Source of the DNA: an uncultured bacterium
GTDB taxonomy: Bacteria; Zixibacteria; MSB-5A5; GN15; FEB-12
Length of the DNA stretch: 64,000 nt
Direction of reading: 5' to 3'
NCBI GenBank assembly: GCA_965372795.1
Contig: CBDVDR010000002.1
Location: 96,001-160,000, forward strand
Both the position numbers and the translations under genes were made by a program. Positions 20,259 through 28,277 of this stretch are shown in pieces; the first letter of the stretch is position 1; each line of letters starts with the position of its first letter. Under the pieces are notes generated by a model. That model saw only the letters and a list, made by a program, of their open reading frames with translations. It was not told the DNA's origin and ran no database searches.

Positions 20259-21289
20259 TGGCTCAAAAGATTTTAATAAGAACCCCGAATCATCTGGGTG
20301 ACTGTATCATGGCTCTGCCCATGATAAGCGAAGTCGGAGAAGCATATCCGGGGGCGAGGGTCTCAATCTTAGTACCGGACTATCTGGCTGAGATTTTTGA
20401 AGCTAATCCATCTATAGATGAAATTATAAAGCTTCCTCCTAATGCCGTGCACGGATTATTGGCGGTAATGAAAATTAAAGATATTATTGCACCTTATGAT
20501 TTTGATTTAGGGTATGTCCTGCCGCCATCTTTCGGGGCGGTTGCCGGTTTTAAACTGGGCGGTATCAATAAGCGGATTGGATATATCGCCGATGGCAGAC
20601 GGCTGTTACTTACCAAAGCTATAACACTTCCGGCTCCATTAAATGCTGAACATCGCAGCCGGTTGTATTTTAATCTGCTTTTAAGGAGCTGCGATACGAA
20701 ACTTGAATATGTTCCCCCGAAGCTGTTCCTTAATGATACCGATCTTCAAAACGGCGAAAAGATACTGGCTCAATTTGGAATTGAGGGTGATTCAAATTAT
20801 GCGGTAATTGCATATCAAGCTATTGCTGAATCGAGAAGATGGGGGATTAAAAATTATACGGAACTGTGCAAGAGGATTATTTCAAAATACAATTGTAAAA
20901 TAGTATTAATGGGTGGGGCTGAAGAACAAAAAACGGGTGATGAGATGGCTGCCTCAACCGGAGGCGGTGAAGTAATCAATTTAGCCGGTCGGACATCAAT
21001 CAGGGAATCAGCCTCGATAATGTCTCAGGCTAAATTTTTTGTCGGGAATGATTCGGGAGCGGCACACCTCGCCGCATCAGTCGGCTCGCCTTTAGTAGTG
21101 TTATCAGGAGCCGATGATCCGCAGTCAACCTCACCGATCTCAAAAAGTAAGCGAATGATCTATCTGGACAAATTAGAATGTATCAGCTGTGTGAAAAATA
21201 AATGTCTGTTGAAAAATGATGAATTTATGCAGTGTATGACCGGAATCAGGGTTGAAATGGTACTTGAAGAGATCAATAAGTTAGTTTAG
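20258..21289 (+). CDS. waaF: LPS heptosyltransferase II (GT9)
   Basis: PNHLGDCIMALP; NLAGRTS; GNDSGAAHLAA; C..C....C. Confidence 0.85.
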   Translation: MAQKILIRTPNHLGDCIMALPMISEVGEAYPGARVSILVPDYLAEIFEANPSIDEIIKLPPNAVHGLLAVMKIKDIIAPYDFDLGYVLPPSFGAVAGFKLGGINKRIGYIADGRRLLLTKAITLPAPLNAEHRSRLYFNLLLRSCDTKLEYVPPKLFLNDTDLQNGEKILAQFGIEGDSNYAVIAYQAIAESRRWGIKNYTELCKRIISKYNCKIVLMGGAEEQKTGDEMAASTGGGEVINLAGRTSIRESASIMSQAKFFVGNDSGAAHLAASVGSPLVVLSGADDPQSTSPISKSKRMIYLDKLECISCVKNKCLLKNDEFMQCMTGIRVEMVLEEINKLV

Positions 21290-21302
21290 TAGTATAAAAA
21301 TA

Positions 21303-21464
21303 CTAGTTAATATCATCATCATCTTCTTCTTCAAAAATTGAATCATCATCTTCATTAAAAATTGAATTATCAGATTCGTTATTATAGGGTTGTTCAGATT
21401 TATTTTGTTCTGGTTTTCCCCAAGAAAATAAGGATTTTAATAAACTGATTATATATTGTCGCAT
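21303..21464 (-). CDS. Unannotated 53-aa small protein with amphipathic N-terminus and very acidic tail, probably leaderless
   Basis: MRQYIISLLKSLFSWGKPEQNKSEQPYNNESDNSIFNEDDDSIFEEEDDDDIN*; ATG lies 6 nt after a consensus -10. Confidence 0.6.
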   Translation of the reverse strand: MRQYIISLLKSLFSWGKPEQNKSEQPYNNESDNSIFNEDDDSIFEEEDDDDIN

Positions 21465-21470
21465 AATGAA

Positions 21471-21499
21471 ATTATATCTTTAAAAGAGTATATTGTCAA
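21471..21499 (-). promoter_or_regulatory. Perfect-consensus sigma70 promoter
   Basis: Minus strand TTGACA-atatactcttttaaaga(17)-TATAAT. Confidence 0.8.
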
Positions 21500-21826
21500 T
21501 ATAAAGGATTAATAAATGATGAATTTATGCAGTGTATGACCGGAATCAGGGTTGAAATGGTACTTGAAGAGATCGATAAGTTAGTTTAAAAGCAAAAAGA
21601 TCACTTACATCACATCACATTTGTAGCAAATAAATATTATATAGTTATATATCAGAGAGTTACGATGCGATGCTGATCATTGAAAATAGAATTGTCTGTT
21701 AATTTTATAGATTTATAAACTAATATCAAAATTTCATGTATAATGCGAAGAAATGATTAAACGATTTGTGTCCAAGAACGTTATTTTTTATGGTTGTCGC
21801 AGAAGCTGCGTTGCGTAAAATATTGC

Positions 21827-21854
21827 TTGACAATCTGATAGCATTTTCTATCTT
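21827..21854 (+). promoter_or_regulatory. Putative sigma70 promoter for the peptide/activator operon
   Basis: TTGACA-N16-TATCTT; IHF-like TATCAGAGAGTTA at 21650-21662 upstream. Confidence 0.5.
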
Positions 21855-21961
21855 AAAGTCAGCAAGAGTTGCGAATGCGTAACTCGTCATGTTTTAAAGT
21901 CTTATGAACGAAATCTATATTTTTTGCATATTTTTTTAATAATTTTCTGGAGGTAGGCATT

Positions 21962-22321
21962 ATGAGAAGCTCTAAACTAAAATTAATGATGATAATTTTA
22001 TCATTATTATTAGTTAGCTTTTTGTCCGTGCCTGTCTATTCCGGCAACGGTGACGAAGATCCATGGGATGCTGATGGTACCGATGGTCCAAATGATGGAA
22101 CAATCGGCGACATTGTGATACCTGGTCATGAATTAAAATCAATCGAGATTGAAGATGACCCGGGCATGGTAACTCCTTTGGATAACTTGATCTTCTCAAT
22201 ATCCTTTGAGATAGTAAATTTCTTTTATGGAAGTTCAAGAATGCCAACCAGTCAGTTGCTGGTAAATAGAAGTGTTACGGATAGCCGTATAAATGGTTCG
22301 GTTAATTTGAGTCAGAAGTAA
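21962..22321 (+). CDS. Small secreted protein / candidate signalling pro-peptide
   Basis: RBS GGAGG; Sec-type signal ending VYS; mature N-terminus GNGDEDPWDADG, acidic and low complexity. Confidence 0.7.
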   Translation: MRSSKLKLMMIILSLLLVSFLSVPVYSGNGDEDPWDADGTDGPNDGTIGDIVIPGHELKSIEIEDDPGMVTPLDNLIFSISFEIVNFFYGSSRMPTSQLLVNRSVTDSRINGSVNLSQK

Positions 22322-22359
22322 TTGACAAATAACCATTAAATTTTAAACACAAAAGAGTG

Positions 22360-25284
22360 ATGAATAAACCCTCACCTAAAATCACTTTTGATAACCGTCT
22401 CATTGCTGTGGAAGAGCAATTAAAGCAGAGGTTTTACAGTTCTGCCATAAAGGATTTGGCCGAGCTGTCGGAATCGATGTTTCCCGCAAATTATGAGCAA
22501 GGGTTATTTTACTTACTCAAAGCAGAAGTAGAGTACTTTGAGGGTAATTATCGTAAATCACTTGAATTAGGACTCAAAGCGGCAAGAATCCTTGCCGGAT
22601 TTCCATTAAATTGTCGTTATGGCAGAGCTCAAATAATTCTTTCAAAATCATATTCCGCCCTTGGTGATTTAAAAAATGCAGAGATGCGCGCCCGCGATTC
22701 ATTGTCTGCTTATCGCCGGGCAACAGAGAAGGTTGGACAGGTTGATGCTCTGAACGAATTAGCGCGTATTTCGCATATCCGTTGTAATTATCATTCAGCC
22801 GGTGAGTATCTTGAGGATGCGATTTCGATGTTGATTGATTCGCCTCGTAAAACAGCCCAATTATCCGGTAACCTGGGTATGATAAAAGTCAGAACCGGGC
22901 AGTGGGATGAGGCGGAAGAAAACCTTCAGGATGCTTTAAAGTTTAATCAGCAGAATAAAGAAGAGATTTCAACAGCGATAAATCTTTTATCGCTTGGATA
23001 TTTACAATTAAGACGCCGTCATTTTATAATGGCGAGTCGTAATTTTGATCAGGCTCTTGAAATTATCAGCCGTTTGGGTTTGAAAAGAGAAAAAGTTATT
23101 CATCTGGAGTATGCCGGAGAATTAGCATTTGAAAAGGGTGATATCTTCAAGGCGAAAGCATTTTTAAGTGATGCTTACCAGAAGGGTATGATGCTGGCAC
23201 CGGGATCTTCATTAGTATCTCAAACGAGCCGTCGTTTAGGCGAAGTAGAACTTGCCCTGGATAATATTGATGATGCGATGAAATATGCCCAGAAGGCATT
23301 GGAGCTTTCATCTTCATTGGGTGAGAAACTTGAGATCGGCTTGTCACACAGAGTGATAGCTCAAGTATTTGTTTCCAAAGGCGATTATCAGTCAGCTTTG
23401 GAATATATTGATCAGGCGGTTGATATTTTACGAACCGTTGACGAGCCTTATGAATTAGCCCGCACGCTTTTAGTTCAATCTGATGTAAAAAACAATTCCC
23501 GGATAGACTCATCAGATTCAATAGACAAAATATTGCATGATGCCTTGAAAATTTTCAAGAAACTGAAACTTGAATTTTGGATAGCAAAAACAGATTATGA
23601 AATAGGCGTTTATTCCTGTCAGACGGGAAATCTTTCGAGCGGATTCAGACAGCTCAATCGAGCCGAGAAAATTTTCAGCAAGCTTGATGAACAGCCGGAA
23701 CTTAGAACCGTAAACAAATTTTTAAAGTCTCTTTCAGATCAGGCAGTAGCCTTATCAATTTCAAATCAGAATAAATTTAAAGTATTCGGCAACCTTGTCA
23801 CGCCCAACGATGAGTCTGATTTGGAAAGCGACCGGATGGAAGATATTCTTAGGGTTGTTTTAAAGAAAACCGATGGCGACCGCGCCGTTATTTATGCCCC
23901 TGATAATGAAGATGAGCAAGTTATAGCATCCTGTCCGATGAAAGAAGATAATGTCAGGCAATTTGTTACTAATTTTGAGAAGCTTTTAGGTGAAGAGGTT
24001 TCGAAACACAAGCCAACCTTGTTGCTTGATTGCCGGCGGGATCCATTTATTAATGGGCTGTTTAAAGATATCGCTGCCCAGATTGGATCTGTTATTGTAA
24101 TACCATTTAAGATGGCGACTAACGGGACTTGTTATTTATATCTTGATCGTATCTCACGGGAGAATACTTTGAATCCATTCAGTCAGGAGCAATTGAATTT
24201 TTCAGTCGGTTTCTCAGATTTGATCGGGTTTAAATGGACTGAAATTCAAAAGAATCTGCTGCTTGAGGATAATTTACGGCTTAAATCACAATTGATGGAG
24301 AAAGCCACTTTTTCGAAGATTATCACTCAGGATCATAATTTCCTTGAAATGTTAGCCCAGGTGCAGCATGTTGTAAATTCAAGTATTTCAATTTCAATCG
24401 AGGGTGATACCGGATGCGGCAAAGACCTTTTTGCCCGTGCGATTCATTATAATTCAGTAAGAAGAGATAAACGGTTTATCTCGGTGAACTGTGCGGCGTT
24501 GCCGGAGAGTTTACTTGAGTCGGAACTGTTTGGATATGTTCGCGGAGCCTTTACCGGAGCTGACCGTGATAAAGCGGGACTGTTTGAAGAGGCTGACGGC
24601 GGAACATTTTTCTTAGATGAAATCGCTGATATGCCGATGAGTGTGCAGGCGAAGATATTGCGGGTGCTTGAGTCAAAAGAGATTGTACGTCTTGGTGATT
24701 CGATCCCTAAAAAAATAGATGTTCGGATACTTTCTGCGACTAATAAGAATCTTAAAGAGCAAATGGATGCCCGACTATTCCGTCAGGACCTTTATTTCAG
24801 ACTGGCTGCCTTTACATTTAAACTGCCCGCCCTGAGTGAACGGCGCGGCGATATACCGTTATTGGTTGACCATTTCTTAAAAGGCAGTTCGAAGAAAATT
24901 TCTGCGGATGTGCTCAAAGCCTTTGATGGCTACGATTGGCCGGGAAATATCCGTGAACTTGAGAATGAGATCAAAAAACTGGTGCTTCTGTCGGGTGACA
25001 GCGTACTGATTGACACTTCGTTATTATCAAACCAGTTTAAAGAGAGCAATACTGTCTCTGATAATTCTGAAAAAGCATTGTTTGATTCTACAAAATCAAT
25101 CTCATTTAATGATGATTATTCTTTGTATGATTTCCTGTCTGAACATGAGAAAAGATTCATTATCAACGCCCTCAAAGAGAAATTGGGTGTGAAGAAACAT
25201 GCTGCGGCTTTACTAAAAATCCCCGAATCGACCCTTCGTCTGAAGATCAAACAGTATAATATTGACATAAAAAATCTTCACTAA
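22360..25284 (+). CDS. Sigma54 enhancer-binding protein with N-terminal TPR array, GAF-like domain, AAA+ and Fis-HTH
   Basis: About 460 aa of TPR-like helices; GDTGCGKD, ESELFG..RGAFTGA, FLDEI, WPGNIREL, HTH AAALLKIPESTL. Confidence 0.92.
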   Translation: MNKPSPKITFDNRLIAVEEQLKQRFYSSAIKDLAELSESMFPANYEQGLFYLLKAEVEYFEGNYRKSLELGLKAARILAGFPLNCRYGRAQIILSKSYSALGDLKNAEMRARDSLSAYRRATEKVGQVDALNELARISHIRCNYHSAGEYLEDAISMLIDSPRKTAQLSGNLGMIKVRTGQWDEAEENLQDALKFNQQNKEEISTAINLLSLGYLQLRRRHFIMASRNFDQALEIISRLGLKREKVIHLEYAGELAFEKGDIFKAKAFLSDAYQKGMMLAPGSSLVSQTSRRLGEVELALDNIDDAMKYAQKALELSSSLGEKLEIGLSHRVIAQVFVSKGDYQSALEYIDQAVDILRTVDEPYELARTLLVQSDVKNNSRIDSSDSIDKILHDALKIFKKLKLEFWIAKTDYEIGVYSCQTGNLSSGFRQLNRAEKIFSKLDEQPELRTVNKFLKSLSDQAVALSISNQNKFKVFGNLVTPNDESDLESDRMEDILRVVLKKTDGDRAVIYAPDNEDEQVIASCPMKEDNVRQFVTNFEKLLGEEVSKHKPTLLLDCRRDPFINGLFKDIAAQIGSVIVIPFKMATNGTCYLYLDRISRENTLNPFSQEQLNFSVGFSDLIGFKWTEIQKNLLLEDNLRLKSQLMEKATFSKIITQDHNFLEMLAQVQHVVNSSISISIEGDTGCGKDLFARAIHYNSVRRDKRFISVNCAALPESLLESELFGYVRGAFTGADRDKAGLFEEADGGTFFLDEIADMPMSVQAKILRVLESKEIVRLGDSIPKKIDVRILSATNKNLKEQMDARLFRQDLYFRLAAFTFKLPALSERRGDIPLLVDHFLKGSSKKISADVLKAFDGYDWPGNIRELENEIKKLVLLSGDSVLIDTSLLSNQFKESNTVSDNSEKALFDSTKSISFNDDYSLYDFLSEHEKRFIINALKEKLGVKKHAAALLKIPESTLRLKIKQYNIDIKNLH

Positions 25285-25396
25285 CTGACCTTCCTTTTTA
25301 ATCATTATATAATCTGAATTAACTCGCCTGAAGAAGCGTCAACTGTTCTTGTTGACTTATTTTAAGGAGCCGCCTACTTTTTTAATGAATTCATAA

Positions 25397-27163
25397 GTGG
25401 AGGCTATTCAGATTTTGAAAAAAATAGATGCGGTTTCAAAAACAATCATTTTGATAATGGTAATGTTCCTTATCAGTGTTTCAGGAGTAAATGCTCAGAG
25501 CAGGGTTTATCTTCAGAATGTTGTGGGTCTTAATCATCTTGACCGGATAATTCCTAATACTACAATTAAATTTCAGATTGCTTTAAAAAATAGTGAAAAC
25601 GCTAATATATTGACATTGTCGCATGGTTTTCAGGTTTATTCGCCTGATGGCGCAAGTTGGGGGGGGACTACGGCTCAACGAACGGGAAATATTAACACCA
25701 GTTTTGAGACGATTGCGCTGATTTTGTTAAATACCGATGGCGTTGGCGCTGATACGGTAGGGATCACAGCTGTTAATGGGAATCAAAACGGGATATCAGC
25801 CGGGTTTGATGCAATTTTTCTCGAGATTATATTAGATGGAATAAGTGAATTAGATTATGGCACAACAGTCTGCCTTGACAGCAGTTATTTAGAACCGGAC
25901 GGAATGTGGCTCTGGTCAAATTTTTATGGTGATTTGATTCCTGAGTGGGATGGTCCTCATTGTTTTGAGGTTGCCTGTATAACCGATGATGATTCTGACA
26001 GTGACGGGGTTGGCGATGTCTGTGATAATTGTCCTCTTATAAATAATTCTGACCAGTATGATTTTGATGAGGACGGGTTTGGGCAACTTTGTGATTGTGA
26101 TGATTTAAACGCCGATTTGAATGATAATTCTATCTGGCGTGTGGATGCCGATGGGGATGGTTTCGGGTCGGATGCTTTGACAATAGTTCAATGTGAGAAG
26201 CCGGTTGGTTATGTTTTAAATAATAGCGATTGTGATGATTCTGATGAAACTATCGGAGCACCTGAAACATGGTATGAGGATTTTGACGGGGATGGATATG
26301 GTAATCCGTTGAGTACGATCTTTAGTTGTGAAATCCCGAGTGGGTATGTGACTAACAGTTTGGATTGCGATGATGCCAAGAGTGAAATCTCACCGGAAAC
26401 GGTTTGGTATCTCGACGCTGACGGGGATGGTTATGGTAATGCAGTTGAAATGACATCAAGTTGTTTGCAACCTGATGGATATGTAGATAACGATACCGAT
26501 TGTGATGATACTAATAGTGATTTATCACCGGTAACAGCTTGGTATCTTGATGCTGATGGGGATGGTTACGGTAATGTATCTGAGAAGGTGTTAAACTGTT
26601 TACAACCGGATGGATATATAACAGATCTAACCGATTGTGATGATGCCAGGGCTGAAATCAATCCGCTGACACGCTGGTTTGAGGATGTTGATCTGGATGG
26701 GTTTGGGGATGTTGGAACTGTATTAATCGGGTGTGAACAACCGGACGGCTTTGTTTCAGATAGTACCGATAATTGTGTTGAGAAATATAATCAAGATCAG
26801 GCGGATATAAATAAAAATGGTATCGGGGATGTGTGCGAGGATCAGCAGACTTCGGTTGAGTCGGTCGAGTCAGAAAGTTTGCCGGATGAATATCAGTTGG
26901 GACAGAATTACCCGAACCCGTTTAATTCATCAACCATATTCAGGTATGGGACACCTAAATCCGGTTTTGTCAGGTTGACGATTCATAATCTGCTTGGGCA
27001 GAAAGTGCGAGTTCTTTATGATGGGGTGCAATCAGCCGGTTATTATTTAGCCAGTTGGGACGGAAAGAACGAGACTAACAAGAATGTCCCGAGCGGGATT
27101 TATTTTTATAAATTAGAATCTACGACGGTAACTATTTCAAGGAAATTGGTGCTGGTTAAATAA
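25397..27163 (+). CDS. Secreted protein with Cys/Asp-rich MopE-like metal-binding repeats, TSP3-like repeats and FlgD-Ig/T9SS-like C-terminal domain
   Basis: About 5 W(Y/R/F)xDxDxDG(Y/F)G...CxxPxG(Y/F)...D(C)D repeats; DSDGVGDVCDNCP; QNYPNPFN...KLVLVK. Confidence 0.8.
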   Translation: MEAIQILKKIDAVSKTIILIMVMFLISVSGVNAQSRVYLQNVVGLNHLDRIIPNTTIKFQIALKNSENANILTLSHGFQVYSPDGASWGGTTAQRTGNINTSFETIALILLNTDGVGADTVGITAVNGNQNGISAGFDAIFLEIILDGISELDYGTTVCLDSSYLEPDGMWLWSNFYGDLIPEWDGPHCFEVACITDDDSDSDGVGDVCDNCPLINNSDQYDFDEDGFGQLCDCDDLNADLNDNSIWRVDADGDGFGSDALTIVQCEKPVGYVLNNSDCDDSDETIGAPETWYEDFDGDGYGNPLSTIFSCEIPSGYVTNSLDCDDAKSEISPETVWYLDADGDGYGNAVEMTSSCLQPDGYVDNDTDCDDTNSDLSPVTAWYLDADGDGYGNVSEKVLNCLQPDGYITDLTDCDDARAEINPLTRWFEDVDLDGFGDVGTVLIGCEQPDGFVSDSTDNCVEKYNQDQADINKNGIGDVCEDQQTSVESVESESLPDEYQLGQNYPNPFNSSTIFRYGTPKSGFVRLTIHNLLGQKVRVLYDGVQSAGYYLASWDGKNETNKNVPSGIYFYKLESTTVTISRKLVLVK

Positions 27164-27221
27164 GTTAGTTTTCTTGTGCATCTGCTTGTTTTCTCTGTGA
27201 ATTATAATCATATTTATCGCT

Positions 27222-28007
27222 ATGGCGGCTCTGTTTTATAAGCATTATGCAGGTGATCCATATTTCAATATGGGTTTTGATGAATACCTTTTTTCCAAAG
27301 CATTCGAAAGTGATGAACTGTTTGCCCTGAGGCTTTACAGCTGGCAACCGGGGGGGATTACAATCGGTTTGAATCAGGATAAGGATAGAGCGATTAACTG
27401 GAGCAAGATTGGCCGGACGCCCGTTATTCGGCGGGTGACGGGAGGGAGAGCGATTTATCATGATCCGGGCGAGTTGACTTATTCGGTGGCTTATAGAAAT
27501 ATTAAATGGGTTGATTCAATTACTGCTGAAGATTTAAAAATGTTTTCAGAGAAAGTTGCCTCGGCACTGGTTGGTTTTTTGAAATTGATGGGGATTAGTT
27601 CGGAGTTCAAGCGGGTAGTGTCAAAGGCTGCCATTGAAAAGAATTATTTTCATAAGGCACCCTGCTTTGCATCGGTGGCCCGTCATGAGATATTATCAGA
27701 TGGACAGAAAGTAATAGCATCCGCTCAAAGGGTGGTTGAAAATAAAATTCTTCAGCACGGTTCAATCAAAATCGCAAGAATTTCGACTCATGAGGCACTT
27801 GTGGGGGGATCCGAAGAAACGGAAAAAGGGGAAGTGACACAAGCAGTTAGCTTTGAATATTTTACCCAGGCAGCTGGCCGGTTACGAGGATCTTTTGAGT
27901 CAGAGTTTGGAGTGTTATTTGAAGAATGTGAAGAATCTGACGGGGATGATAATCGTTTGCATGGAAAAATAGATAATGTTCGAAAAAATCCATTAATAAA
28001 GCGTTAA
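27222..28007 (+). CDS. Lipoate-protein ligase A / octanoyltransferase family
   Basis: NMGFDE, LRLYSW, RRVTGGRAIYH, KVIASAQR, LQHGSI. Confidence 0.88.
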   Translation: MAALFYKHYAGDPYFNMGFDEYLFSKAFESDELFALRLYSWQPGGITIGLNQDKDRAINWSKIGRTPVIRRVTGGRAIYHDPGELTYSVAYRNIKWVDSITAEDLKMFSEKVASALVGFLKLMGISSEFKRVVSKAAIEKNYFHKAPCFASVARHEILSDGQKVIASAQRVVENKILQHGSIKIARISTHEALVGGSEETEKGEVTQAVSFEYFTQAAGRLRGSFESEFGVLFEECEESDGDDNRLHGKIDNVRKNPLIKR

Positions 28008-28277
28008 AAAATTAAACAGTCAGTGCTAATAAAATGTCTATAAAATGACGAAATTGCGGTTTTAAAAGGAAAAATCGCTTGACTTGTGAGCCAATTTTTG
28101 GCTATTCTTTATTTTTGTATTCTTATTGTATATCCTTTTTAGTCTGGGGTATTATAACAATATGAAAACAAATAAGTTGGGAGCTTTCAGGGTGTAGAAC
28201 TCTGAGTCGTAAGCACTTTTTTTAAAAGTGTTATGAACTTGAAAAAATGCGATAAAAATATCCAGGAGGTAGTCTGT

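Larger units (their letters stand above)
21214..21588 (+). repeat. 75-bp direct repeat (21214-21288 / 21514-21588) duplicating the waaF 3' end, 300-bp period
   Basis: AAATGATGAATTTATGCAG...GATC(A/G)ATAAGTTAGTTTA, one mismatch. Confidence 0.95.

Noticed and set aside
21214..21588. Diversity-generating retroelement VR/TR pair
   Set aside because: Only one mismatch, with the A in the gene copy rather than the putative template; no reverse transcriptase; the target is a housekeeping glycosyltransferase
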